Positions 29,001-44,000 of a DNA stretch of 64,000 bases are shown here, in pieces; the stretch's first letter is position 1, and every line of letters starts with the position of its first letter. Both the position numbers and the translations under genes were made by a program. The notes below the pieces were generated by a model, which worked only from the letters and a program-made list of their open reading frames with translations, searched no databases and was not told where the DNA came from. Origin of the DNA: Chiloscyllium plagiosum (Eukaryota); contig NC_057730.1 in the NCBI RefSeq assembly GCF_004010195.1, forward strand, positions 32,961,152 through 33,025,151, written 5' to 3'.

Positions 29001-32000
29001 AAATTAAGAGTTTATCAGATGAGAAGATCTCACTGTTCACCCAATCTATAAGGGTTACTCAGTAATTTAGCTTTAATTCCATGATGCAGCAAAGGGAGAT
29101 TGATCCCATCAAGGTTTAACTGTACCACTCACACAAAACAGATTTATTTGAACCCAAACAGCTTTTCACATGAGATGAAACAAATGACTACAAATGATCA
29201 ACTGCAGATACCAGAGAAAGCGTGTGGGGTTCTGTAGATTTTTTAGCCCTAAAATTATGCATTTCTTGTGCATATCGTAACACTGGGTTTAAACTAGTGA
29301 AATCTACAAACCAGGAGGGAAAGTACAATAATTTCAGATAACATAAAAATCATGTGTAATTGGTATCTGCATCTTTTCCCCCTTCATGGTACAAGCATCC
29401 ACTAATATGACTAATACTTGTCTCTCCCTAGAGATCAGCCAAGACGCAAAAACAAAATTCACGTAGATTTACACAGTCTGCGTTCAAACAAATGACCACC
29501 CATATAGACCCTTTCCAACATATGGTCTTAGAGAATATAGTTTATTGTATTTAACAGTTTACATTTACATGGTCAATGCTAAGCTATGCATGGGTCAATA
29601 CAACATAGGGGATTGGCATACACTTAATTCACGGTTAATCGATTGTAGACATTGCTATAAAATTCAGGAAAAATTTACACACAAAATTTATAGTTTCAAT
29701 AACAGAGGTAGTTTTTATTTCCTAGCCGAATTGCTGAGGTAACAGTCTTTTTGTTTACAGCCATACACTGATTTGATGGTGCTAAAGGAGAGAACCTTCG
29801 TACCAATCACGGTATCCAGTGATCTGGGGCTTTTCATTCTTCTACCACCTTCTTTATTGGAGAGATGTTCAAAGCCATCAGAGGTGAAATAACCCATCCG
29901 GCATTCACTACATCCCAGATTTAAAAAAAAACAAATAGCTCTGATTTTATCTTGCTGTATTTTCAAGGCTGACTGAGGTAGACGAGCATTATGGTAGCTA
30001 GGTGAGGCTGTCGAGGGACTCCCCTTCCATCTTCCCCATATCACTCACTCTTTACAGGATATTCAGCATATATTAATGTTTCAAGTTACTAACATTTACA
30101 CATAAAATACAATATTTTTAATGACAATATAAATGCATTTGAAAATGTAACTTTATGCAAAATATACAATGCATTACTGTAAATTTGCACTGGATAACTT
30201 GTGGGACAATTACAGATTAGTGCAACATTTAGTACAATTAAACTTTGCAATGAATTAAATTTGCAGGGAATAAACACCACTAACAGCAAAAAAAAACATT
30301 TTCTACCTTTGTAAGCTGGGCCAGAGAGATAGATGTTCCAGAGTCATCAATCTGTTAATGGAAGAATTAAATACAGACATTCACATTTAACCATGATAAG
30401 GCACATATTTCAAACCCAAATAGACAGTCTGGTCATTACTCACATTTTAGTAACAAACTCACCTGAGTAAACATTCTTTCAGAATATGCACAGTTAGTGT
30501 ACATGCATTGAGTCTGTGTGTTGGGGGAGGGGGGAATTAAGAAAAAAGTTCACACTATAATGAAATGCTCTTAAATACAACTTTTGTAATCTGACTATAC
30601 TTTAATAGATGAACAGATGAAAAACAGTACGAGCTTAACTCTAAAGCAGAAGTGACTTTACATAAAGCTGCTACACAGATTTACAAAAGGATGTAAATAC
30701 TTTGCTGAAGTATATCAATTGGGNNNNNNNNNNNNNNNNNNNNNNNNNNNNNNNNNNNNNNNNNNNNNNNNNNNNNNNNNNNNNNNNNNNNNNNNNNNNN
30801 NNNNNNNNNNAAGGAGGAGGGGGAGAGAAGGGGATGGGGCGGGAGAGTGAGAGGGGAGGGAGAGGGCAGGGCAGTGAACAGGTTGCTATTGGAGAGTGAA
30901 GCAAAGTGTCAGCTCCATTTAGAGAAACAGTCATACAGCACTGAAAGAGACCCTTACAATGTTTTGAGCTGCTAAGGATGTAGTGATGACAATGGGGTTC
31001 AAAATAAGCAAGATCCAAAACCACAGTCCAGTGATTGCAAGTTTAATTGGGGTCATAATTTTAACCCAGACAATTTCCTATTTATACATTTGAATGTGGT
31101 GGGGACATTAATCCCAAGCTACAGAATAAGTTCATTCATGTAAGTTGACTACTTCTCATTTAAGGTAGATCACAAAAAAGTGAGGCTGAAACAAGTTTGG
31201 CGCAATAAACCCATGTAATCCATCCATACAAGCTTTTATTGATAGTGGGAAGTGCTATACAAGAATATTGCTTGCAAGGATGGCAGATGTTCTCAGTGCA
31301 CTCTATTTCGATTTGGTACCATGAAACAGACTAGTAGCAATTCCACATTTCAAATACAATGAAATGGCTTTTGCCATGAAACACTACTTTACATGAAAAT
31401 AAAAATAATCAGTTGATGCCTGAATTTAAAGAATAATATCTACATGTATTGTCTATTAGATTTTTTCTTCTGCTGTTACTCCGTCACTTGTCAATGATGA
31501 TATTTCTGACTTTTATTGAATTGTACAACTGAAGTCCTGTGGTCTAGTTCACGCATTATCTCAATCATAGAAGAACAGCACAGAATGAGGAAACAACATG
31601 TCCTTTAATTGCACGAGCAACAACAGTGAGTGTTTAAACTACCCTCTCTGGAGCAGACAGTAATAGGTACTCTTGAAAACAATAGTGTTCTTTTAGAGTA
31701 GCAGACTAACTCTGGATCAAGACACAGGTTGTTAGCGTATTACCTGCTGCACAATACGACTACATCATGAATTGGGATTCAAAAACAAAAATCAGCAGGA
31801 CAGCAAACACTGAATCAAAGCAGAATATGAAATCATTCAGGTGAAATGAATTAGAGGGAGTTTGAAATGAACATTAGAGGTTGCACCATGTCAATTGGAT
31901 ATAATTTACCCCGTTCATGCACTCCATCCCTACCTGGTGTGATACAGAAACAAATCTACAAAACAGTAAAAATTTAGAATCGGGCGCTTGTGGCATAGTG

Positions 32001-35000
32001 GCAGTGTCCCTGCCTCTGGACCAGGATACCCAGGTTCCAGACGTGTATAATAACACCCTGACCTGGTTATTTAGTAAAATATCCTTAAAAGTTAGAATTA
32101 GCTGCATCTCGATGGAACCTATGAGGCACAAGATCCTTCTGCACCAACACTGGCAGAAACATGTAATTAATATGACAGATAATAATCATGGAATTGCATA
32201 CATGAAATTAAGTTCACATGGAGTCTCTTTGGGGGAAACTGTGGCAAGAGGCTGGTAGCAGAATAACTCGATTCAGACCTAGGTGAAATGGAACTATTTT
32301 GAAGTCATATTCTATTCTTAGTTTTATAAAATGTTTGATTTTATGTTATGCAGAACAGCTTCCTGTGATTTGCAAAGCAGAAATGGTTAGATTGTCTACT
32401 GCATACCCAGTGGATCTGGGACAACTAAACTAAAATACTGAGGAGACAGGAGAGGTGGAGATATGCAGTTTCTACAGAAAAAATAGACAACATTGATCAC
32501 TGGACCAGTCACATCCATGCTGACTCTCAAACTGTAACTTAGTTAGTACATTTCTTCACACTTCTCCCATTTTGCTGCCAAATCTCTTCTTTTGGTAGTT
32601 CTTACCCATTTCGTTTTGAAAAATTAAACCTGAATGTGCCTCCAACACACTTAGTCAGTGCATTTCAGACCCTAACTACTCATTATGGAAGGACGACTTC
32701 ACTCATTTCACCGTTGCTTTTTTCTTGTCATTAAGTTTAAACTGGGTGTCCTCTAGTTCTTGACTGTTTCAAAGTGAACATCTGCTCGATATCTGGACAC
32801 GCAATGATTCTGAATGACTATCAAAACTCCTCTCAAACTTCTCTCCAAAGGGAAGTAACCTGAGCTTCTCAAATCGATTCACAAATTGACCCTGGAACCA
32901 TTTCAGATTTTTTTTTTTAAAATAAAGCACTCATTCCAACACTTTCAACAGCCTTTCCAATACACCAGTTGAGGTTAAATCAGTCATTTCAAGTCTCACC
33001 TATATTTTATTGCTTGCGTACTCCACTGCCTTGATTAAAAACTCCAGAATCCCAGATATTTTTCAATCTGTTCTGGAAATTTTAAAGGTGTGCACATATA
33101 CACCCAAATTGTGTTCCTGCATCCCTTCAGAACTGTCCTCATTTTATCTTGTCCCAATCTTCCGATCAAAATGTACCACGTTACACATCTGTAACAAATT
33201 TCATCTGCCACCTATCCATTCATTCCAAGCAGATGGTTTCTCTTCTCTTCAAGTTGTCACTATCCTCCTCTCAGTTCATAATACCTACAAGTTTTGTGTC
33301 TTTGTATAATTTCAAAATTTACATTCTACACCCAAGTATAGATCAAGAATATATATAAAACATGTTGCCTTCCTTCTGCTCATCAAACCATTCACCATCT
33401 TTGCAGCTGCTCAGCCAAATTTGTACTGTGCTGCCACTAGTGTCATGCAAGTTGGCAAGATATGTAAATATTGTAAGATTTGTGTTATGGAAAGGAAGCA
33501 TGGGCCAATCTCATAATTTACCTTTATTTATGACCCACGAAACATTTTAAGATGATGATTTATTTTGAGAAAAATGCTTCGTTGCCTGTGCTTTCTACAT
33601 TATGGTCTATCTCCAACATATAGCAAAAACGTGTTTGCTTGCTAATATAATAATCTTATGCATTAAAGGACTAAATGGGAATAAGCAAAAACTCAAAACT
33701 TTCAATTCTAACATTTAAATGTACAATTTAGATGTACATATTCCAAGGTGGCCTTAAATAAAAACAAACATTTCCTTTTTAACTAATTTTAGATGAATGC
33801 CTTATTAATTCCTGCAACTGGAAGGTTTTGATCTCTGGTAACTATAAAAGGGTACTTGAAGTTGATTTGTGACCCATGACTCTTCTCCCATTAATGTGCA
33901 CATATCTCTTATATGAAATTTATCCAAAACTGCCAATCTGAAGATTTCTTCAGTGAGACACGAGGCAAAGAACAATTATTTACAATGATCAACCAGTTTT
34001 GGATATCTTAATATAATAAAGATGTTCTAAGAATAATATGGGTTAACAGCGAAGTAACAGTGGAGAAACTGAAGGCAATTTCTTGTCATGAGACCTCAGT
34101 AATTTAAAGGGAGAATTTGGTAGAATATTGCTGGACAATGAATAAATCGTGATGCAAATATGTTTGAAGCAGTTCAAAATAAGCTTACTAGATCAATAAC
34201 TGGACTGTGCAGGTTCACTTAAGAGAATAGGTTGGACAGGTTCAGGTTTTTTCACTGAAGTGAAGAATGAGGGCGACTCTATTGAAGCATATGACAGTGG
34301 TCTTGGAACAGTAAACGTGGAAAGGATGTTCTCTTGCAAGGCCAGAACTAAGGGGCACTGTTTTATAATTAGGAGCTGCTGCTTTAGGACAAATTAGAAG
34401 AAATTGCTGACAATTCTACAACTTAGCAGTTCTCTGCTTAAGACAGAGGAAGGTAAATTCTCGTCAGGAAAGGGAAATCAAAGATTAGATGAGAATGTCA
34501 CAATGAGAATGTATTTGAAAAACAAGCAGATCAAACATGATCTAACTTTATGGTAGAGGTAGCTCGAGGAGCCAAATGATCTAATTTTGCCCTCATGCAA
34601 GTAAAGGTGAGTCACTGCTCCCATAAATGCAAGGCAGATGGTAACAAAAGGGATAAAATTTGTATCACAAGTAGCCAAAAAAAAGAAGAAAATGGAATGT
34701 GCAATACTCCGCCATCAGTGCTACAACAGAAAACCTAAAATCTTAAGAGGGATTTAGTTATTGCTTAAAATATTTGCTGAGTGAATAAAGTAGAAATGAA
34801 CAAGGTGTCTCAAGTTGAGATATACTGCACAAACATTTGTCAGAATGGCTAGCTTTAGTGTTGCAAAATTCCATGATTTTGGGTAAAAATTTGCATTGTG
34901 AATAAATCTAATACACGTTTTTAACATGTGGCAAACGTGAGGTATGGGAAAAGCATTTTTTTGCATTTCCCAAAAACATATTTATGGACCAGAATGTCTA

Positions 35001-38000
35001 TAAAACAGTAAAAACCAGCTCAAAGATAAATCAATCACATATTTATAAACATGCATCAGAAACAACTACACTCTGCAAAATAATGCTGGGTGAATTATTA
35101 TTTAGATTCCCTTCTGTTCAATTCATTTTATTGAGGGGAACAGTGACAGCTGAGTAACTGGTTATTCACAAAACACAACTTCCTATGTTAAAGTAGGCTG
35201 ATACATAAAAGGAAACATACAAGAATACCAGACGAATGCCTCAGTTGAATGAAAGCAGGTTTAATACTTAGATGCTACAAACATGCCTCATTAAGCCTTT
35301 AAAGAGAAATAATCCATGCTCAATGTCACAATCATGGCATACAAGGACAAAAGTAAAGCACAGGTCTGCTAATGTAAGACCGCAATACTCAAAGCAAAGT
35401 GGTCCAAGTCTTCAGAAGCAGTGGTCTTATATTTGAACTTTGTTATCGTTGAGATTAGTCAATGACGTTCTAGTTAGGAACAACTTTCACAACTATTATA
35501 AAATAGGTCAAATACCCTCAATGGTTTTTCAAATTTCAGTACCACCATTTCCAAATGCATGTGGTTCTCCAAAATTAACAGATGTACAGAGTATACATTA
35601 AGCCTCATCTAAGTAACAGCAACATTAAGCATCTTGATGGGATAGTGCAGATGTTTTAATACATATCTACTTCACATTCTAAACTGGACTGGGAGTGCAT
35701 GGTGTGAATGTGGCATAAAATGCATTCCACTGCTCACTTAAGTTATCAAAATCAGCCAAATGTGACACCCCTTCCACCACTGCAGAACACTACCCAAACT
35801 CAAACATAAAATTGCTGATCATCACAAACCAACAAGTGTTTAAAATATTACTAGAAGACTTTGCTTCTGGTTAGTATTCCTTCCAACATTATTATTAACA
35901 ATGTAGTAAATTAACACCAATAAAACTCCAAAGTACTTGACTACAGCATTAAGAAGCACTGTTGAATTCAATAAAGTGTGTTTTATGGTCTAACATTTGC
36001 ACAGATTTAGCAAGCAAAAATACCAACACTTTGCCTGCAAAAAAAATTAATTTGAAACAGAAGAACATTTATGACTTTCAATAATGTATTAAAGGAGACA
36101 TTTTCCTTTTCAACAAATGGTTTTACTTGAGCCATTGCCATTCAGCTGCCCAAGCTGGCACAACTGGATTCTAAGATACAAAATCTGTGCAGCCTGCTAG
36201 AATTTTTTTTTACGAATTTCTTCAGCAGGAAGAAGAGCTGACAGGAATAAAACTGGCCCGAGGTCAGCAATACCAAATTATTTACTCAGTCCTGTTTCCA
36301 GCTGCATGAAATGTATCTTGGGAACTGTCAGAAACATTGCAAGCATGATTATAAAAGCAACTTGAATATCAAAATCAGATACAGCAAATTTATTTAAATA
36401 ATAAATGAAAATCTGATAGCCATCAATAATATAGCAGACATGAGTTCATAAAACAAAACCAGCAATCTCTTTCCAAAAAGGAAACAGGAATGGCTGATGC
36501 AGGAAATACGTTTTATAGTGGCAATGGAGTCCACTTCGGAATTAGGAGCTAATCACATTTGATCTAGAATGGCATTAGCTTTGCAAAACTGGAGTCATAA
36601 AATCCTTACAGTGTCGAAACAGGCCCTTCAGCCCAACAGGTCCACACTGACCCTCTGAAGAATAACCCATCTAGGTCCATTCCCCTATCACGCTACATTT
36701 ACCTTGACTAATGCATCTAACCTACGCACCCCTGAACACGATGGGCAATTTAGTTTGGCCAATTCACCTAGCCTGTACACCTTTGGACTGTGGGAGGAAA
36801 TCCACGCAGACACGGGGACAATGTGCAAACTCCACACAGATAGTGGTTAGCACTGCTGCCTCACAGCGCCAGAGACCCGGGTTCAATTCCCGCCTCAGGC
36901 GACTGACTGTGTGGAGTTTGCACGTTCTCCCAGTGTCTGCGTGGGTTTCCTCCGGGTGCTCCGGTTTCCTCCCACAGTCCAAAGATGTGCAGGGTCAGGT
37001 GAATTGGCCATACTAAATTGCCCGTAGTGTTAGGTAAGGGGTAAATGTAGGAGTATGGGTGGGTTTCGCTTCGGCAGGTCGGTGTGGACTTGTTGGGCCG
37101 AAGGGCCTGTTTCCACACTGTAATCTAATCTAATCTAATCGTCACCCAAGGCTGGAATTGAACCCAGGTGAGGCAACAGTGCTAACCACTGAGCCACCAT
37201 GCCACCCAAATGAGTCAATGAGAATCAGAGATAAACTCCTATAATGGTTGGAGTACTACCTAGTGCAAAAAGATACTTGTCATTATTGGTCAGTAATCTC
37301 AGTTCCAGTACATTGCTGCAGAGTTCTTCAGGGTAGTGACCAAAGCCCAAGCATCTTCAGGAACCTAATCAAAAGCCTTTTCTTCACCATAACACCATCC
37401 CAGCGAATAAATACTTAAGCTACCACAGTATGCCAGAGGCTTGTAATTTGTAGTTAGTCATCTTCTGACTCCACAATACAAGTCCACCAGCTGCAAAGCA
37501 CAATCAGGATGATGATGGAATACTTCCCCTTTACCTTAACGAGCATAGTCCTAACAATCATGCAGGACACAAGCAGACTGTTCGATTGGCACCCCATCCA
37601 ACCTACAACATTACTTAAGGCTCTTGCGGCATAGCAGGTATCCTTACTTCTTGGTCAGAAGTCTAAATTGAAGTCCCAGCTGTAATGGAGGGGTGACATA
37701 AAATCTGAAGTGATTAATTTTTTTTGGCAACTTTGGCAACTTCCCAACATTCTTTGGGCAGCATTTTCCAAATGCAAGGTTTTCACCTGCTAAAGGACTA
37801 AGGAGATGCATAGGAACACAACCAGCTGCATAGTCCTCTTCTTACACAGTATTCTGAGAGAATGCAGGATTGCAGATGCTGGAAAGTCAGAGCCGAAAAG
37901 GGTGTCACTGGAAAAGCACAGATCAGGCAGCATCCGAGGAGCAGCAGAGTCGACGTTTCAGGTATGAACATTTCAGGAATGGGTCATGCCCAAAACATCA

Positions 38001-41000
38001 ACTACCCTGCTCCTTGGATGCTGTCTGACCGGCTGCGCTTTTCCAGCTCTACATTCTGACAGTATTCTGATCTGAAATTATATACTGGCATTCCCATTGT
38101 CACTGTTGGCAGGCCAACATTTGGAATTCCGTGAAAAGCATTCTGGGTGCACTTAAACCAAATGAAATGCAAATGGTTCAAGACAGCTCCTTACCACATG
38201 CTAATGAGGAATTAAGGAATGTGTAATTGCTGACCTAGCTAGTGATGTCCACATCCCACTAGAGGGGCTTAAAATACTGCGGCAAGTAACCCATCTCCTG
38301 ACACTCTAAAGCCTCTCCATCACCTACAAGGCACAAGTCAGGAGTGTGATGGAATACTCCCCACTTGTCTGGATGAGTGCAGCACCAACACCATTCAGGC
38401 AGAGCAGCATACTTAATTGGCACGACATCAACAAGCATCCAATCTCTCCAGCACAGGCACACAGTAGCAGAGTGTGCCATGTACAAGATGCGCTGCAGAA
38501 ATTCACCAAGGATCCTCAGACAGCATCTCCCACCAACAACTTCCACCTAGCAGGACAAGGGCAGCAGATACACCAAAACACCACCAGCTGCAAGTTCCCC
38601 TCCAAGCCACTCACCATCCTGAATTGGAAAAATATCACCATTCGTTCAAGGTCACTTGATCAATATCCAGGAATTCCCTCCCTAATGGTATTGTGGGTTG
38701 ATCCACAGCAGGTACACTGCAGCTGTTCAAAACGACAGTTCACCACCACATTCTCAGGAGTAAGGGATGGGCAGTAAATGCTGGTCAGCCAGCGACACCC
38801 ACATCCCAAAGGTGACTTCTCCTGTACTTTGATTCAAGATTGCTATCCACCCACTTTTTAGTACAAAGCAAATCAACTCCAGTCGACAAAAGTCTTGCTG
38901 AGCTGTACAAAGCTCATACAGCACCGAGGTGCAATCACTTTTCTACCAGTCCCCAATATGTGCAAACTACTCAATGTGAACGGTTACAACTGACTGGCTT
39001 GTAAAACTGCAACCCATTAGTGTACTTTGATCTTTAAAAATAAAAAAAAAGGTGAACTAAGCAAAACAGGTATTAGCATCTCTCAACTGTAAGAGTTCAA
39101 GATCAATAAATTGAAATTTTGCACTGGCTGGCCAGCCATTTTCGTCACATCAAAACAATGTTGTCTAAATACAGTACTCACATTTTTTCCGAAGAGAAGC
39201 GTGAATGTAAACAGGTACCTTAAAGAGTAAATCTTCCACTTAAATTTGGAAACCTTGCTGTCAGCAGAAAAAAAAACTTGGAAGCAACTTCAAAACCTAT
39301 TTGTGGCCAAATTTAACTTGTGGCGTACAAAAGTTGCTTTTACAATCATGCTTACAATACTAGTTTGACCATCACCCAGGCCTCTAACAAAGCAGTCCGG
39401 TAGCAATCATTAAAAGTCAACAAGGCTGAAGCCATGATGATTTTTGCTCAAGTTATCTATATAGCTATGAAATGGCCATGCAGAGGAAACTGCAAAGAAA
39501 TGCCCTCCGATACTAGCCCCACCCAAAGATATATCAAGCTTTATTTAATTAAAAAAGATGGTTTACATTTTATGTATTTTTGCCTTCTTTGTTTAGTACT
39601 ACCAGTGAGTAGGCAGTACACAATCTATTTCTGCAGATGTGCAATGCTCAGGAGAACAAATTTAGACAACACGGCAGCTTCAGATAAAAGAAAACAGGTT
39701 TTCAGAACAGTCTGCTGAGCAACCTGAAGGAGTCATCAAAACAATCGCTCATTTCAAGAAATTGCTGTCAGAATAAGCCAAACAACAAATCTCAGTACAA
39801 AAGTGGGAGAGTTTCAACAACAGTGACTCAAATAAACGCATCAACTGGTGATGCTTTCGACAAGAACAGTTATATTGTTGTTGCTACAGCAACGTTATCC
39901 TACACCTCAAAAACTTTGGTTGATGCTGAAGATTAAGAATTCTCCTGCACTTTGATTCAAGATTGCTGTCCATCCACCTTTTTGTTACAAAGCAAATCAA
40001 CAACTCCAGTAAAAAAAGGTCTTGCTGAACTATACAAAGCTGATACAGCACCCAAATGCAATCACTTTTCTACAAGCGCCCATCATGTGCAAATTACTCA
40101 ATGTGGATCATGGTTACAGTTGACTGGCCTGAAAAACTGCAACCCATTGGTGCATTTTCATTTTGATACTAAAAATGAAAATTCCTGGTAATTCATGGGC
40201 AGACTTATTAAAAATTCCACAAGATGGTCTAAATGCCATCATGTATTGTACATATGGAATGCAATGACAAGAGAGCACTGACAGCTAGCATAAAATCTGT
40301 TAAACAATGGCTCTACATAGATTAGATCGCCAAGTGCCAAAACAGTTGGAGTTTGGACATCTTTTTCCTAGTTGTCTAAAGTTTCCATTTCTAATGCTAT
40401 CTAAAACTACACAAATCCATTTACAGTATCATCTCAACATCAATCCAGTCACTTAATCATATGGATCAGTTTTGCCAGCTACATAGTCTTTATTTCAAAT
40501 AGATGCCCATATAAGTAAGTTTCCTCCATCACAGCATGTAATGATTCCCTGTTTTGCATACTCTAATAATTGACAAGAATGGTTTTGTGCCCCAATTTAA
40601 TCTTAAGGATCAATAATAGGTAGACCTAATGCAAAGCTTGAAAACTAGGTCTGTAATGTAAAACTTGAAGGACTGAAACCAAAGTTTTGGACTTGAATTA
40701 TTTGGGATAAACAAAAAGAAATTGCAAAATTTTGTTCATAAAGTCTATGTACAAGATGTTTCTATTGAGATAAATGTAAAATATCTCAGTGCTAAGCTAA
40801 GGCTGGATATTTTACTCACATGCTTGCCAGCATCACCCTATGATCAATACCATAAACATTTGGTTACTTAATTACCCTTCAAACAATTTTTTTTCCTCAA
40901 CTGCTGTGTACAAGCTGGATCTTGCAATTAACCATACTTCACTGACTACAATAATTCATTGGAACAGAACACAGAAGCATTTGAAGTCGTTATACAAATT

Positions 41001-44000
41001 CAAGTTATTTTTAGACTGAGGGGTTAAGAATCTTAAGGGAATTCACTGAAATTTAAAAGTTTCACATTGTATCGTCACTGAACAGTTAACAAGTTACAGA
41101 TAATTTATTATTTCTAAACATGGAAACCTTCATACTCCAATAGTTTAACATATGACAATAGCACTGCCATATATTAAAACATGAAAACAACAGCTTCTGA
41201 ATTAATGGCTGAGATGTGGGCTTTGTGCCCAACATTAATGGCTGACATGTCTGTCAGTCATATTAGTGTGGATAAAACATTAATTACAGGCAGAGTATCA
41301 CCATAAAAATAGAACCCAGGGTATTCTTTTGTACCCCCTTACAGTACATGAGAAAGATATCACAAACTAAACAGTAGCTTGGGACAGGTAACGTGATAAC
41401 AAAATACTTCAAACGCCAAAATAAAATGCCTAGTTCCTGTCTCAAGTTAATTTCTACCATAACTTTAAGAAAATGGAATATTCATGAATTTGTAGCTTCA
41501 GAAAGTAAAAAGGCCGGTAGTTGGCAGAGCGTAGCAATCAAAGTGAACAGTACATGAACAAAAGGCAATAAGGGTTAATAGTTGGGTATATTATGAAGAA
41601 AATCAGGTTTTTAAATAGATCAGATTTTAAACAAGGATTTGAAAGCAATTCCTTCAAATGAAACTCAGCTTCCTCTTCCTTTTGCATCAAATATCCCACT
41701 TTATACATTTGGTTATTCCATTACCACCACTAAACACTGACCTCGCTGAGCTTTCCCTGAAGTCTGGCAACTAGGTCTGTAACCTCTTTCTCTTGCCTTC
41801 CCCTGCTGCCTCCGTGAGCAAAAGGATAAAACTTGATAAAACAGAATGAAGGAAAACTATGAATTCAAAAAACTGCAGAAAATGTGAACAGAGAAACAGA
41901 TCAAGACAAAGTAGAAAACAGTGGCACAAATACATCGCAAATGAGGTGAACATTGCTGAGTGATGGCTACTGAACATTACCACGGCAAATACTGATATAT
42001 AAAAGCCAAGTAAAGCCAGACATGTCTATAAATGAAAAAAAGTTAGAGCTTCCATCTTAGGGAAACAAACATACCATTTATACCTTACTGTTGAAAAGTA
42101 CTAAAGTTAATTATTTACTGGTTAACTTATCTTCAATACTGAGGATTTACTTTGCTTTATAAATTGCAACATGAATTTTAAACATGTTCCTTTGCAAGAA
42201 ATAATGTCAAGTGCACCCAAGAAATTTGCTAGTTGTGGTGAGGCAACAGCAAGATCATGGAAAAAAATTAACCTATAATGAAAGATTTCAACCCTTGTAT
42301 AGATGCTGTCACCCTGATAGATTAATCTAAGTATAAGAACTCCTCCAGTGCAAACTTGTCTCAATGGGCAATCTTTTCTTTCAAAAAATGCTTTCTGTAC
42401 ACAAGGCTGAGGTCATCTTAGACTGTGGTAAATTTAATAAAATTTGACTAATCTATACTTAGTTTAAATAATCTGATAAACATTTGAGCACCAAATGATC
42501 TCTCTCAATGCTGTAATCCTGTTTTCTCCACACACTCTTTGCTGCCTTTCATATTCTTAAAAAAAAAACTGTTATATTCGCAACCCCTGTGGAACAGAAT
42601 TCCACAGAGTCACTACTCAGTGAAGAAATTCTTCCTCATCTCAGTTCTAAGTGGCCTACCCCATAACTCGAGGCTATGACTCTGGCACCTGGACATCCTG
42701 AAAAGGGGAAACATCCTCTCTACATCTAGCCTGCCCAGTCACCTTAGAATTTTATATATTTCAATCAGATCTGTCTTCATCCTTCTTAACTCTAGTGATT
42801 ACAGCCCGGACAAATAATTTGCTCCTTCTGTCCCCTGTAGGAATGATGAACTGGAATCAAGAGGATTACTATTCTCTTCCTCAGGTGATCCAAGCCAAAC
42901 ACTAGAGTAGCCTGCAACATGCTGTGTTCAACGCAGTAGGCTCAATGCTTCTTTCTGCGTCTTTTTTACATTGCAACATTGTTAAAAGTTGAATAGTTGG
43001 TCTTTCAGCAAGATAGTTCGATGTTTAACTAGATTTTTCAGGTCTTGTCCATTGGATAAGACACTGAAGCCCAGTCACTGATTTTCTCCATTGGTTCAAG
43101 AAAATGCTCAAGATTGCACAATATAATTGAATACAGGAAGAAGCTCTCTGAACTTAAAACATTCCTCCTCCAAACAATAAAAAAAAAGTTGTTCATTTCT
43201 CTCAATGTTTGTGGGATTTTGTTCAAAAAAGTGGCTGCAGCACTCTGATGGCCAACAACCAGGCCACTTTGAAACAAACTTTTGTGAAGCACTTGAAGAT
43301 CTGACAAGAGAAACAATATGCCAATATATTATTAGATATTATGAAGATGTATCAAGAACATACTTATCTTTTTATAACTGACACTATAACATTTTTTGTA
43401 GTGGAAAGACTGAGAAAACGGGGAGTGTACTACCCTACTAGTCAGTGCATTTTTCAATTCATGCCCAAGCCGCAGGAAAACGAGCCTTTCATTTTTTTAA
43501 TGGAGTCAGTGGACAAAGACCACTGAATGGATTATATTCTGCTTGTTTCTATAGCTCATAAGGTCTTGGCTTTCTGGATTTTAAAAAACTATGCATGCAG
43601 AAATTTAACAGCTTGGTTAATACCATAATTAGAGTAGAAAATGTAGTGCATCCACCAGTGGTTTACTCCACTAAACCAGAGAATGCTGAGAATTCTAAAA
43701 TTCATATGAGCTCAGAAATCTCAGTGCAAGATGTATGGAACTTCAAGCATGGGTGCTATACATTGTACTGAGCTGTAAAAGTGTTCAATGTATACAAGAA
43801 AAAAATTTGAAGTCCATCCAAAGAGCATGGCCTTTTATTTGATCTTACTTATTTCTTTGAAATTTACAGTGGATTTTAAACAAGATCGAAACAACTATAA
43901 TCTTGTGTACTGGCTCCAAGTAAAGTAATGCACAGATAAAAACCTTTTTTACACAACCTAGAATTTACCTGGGCCGCAATAAAAAGAACAACTTTTACAG

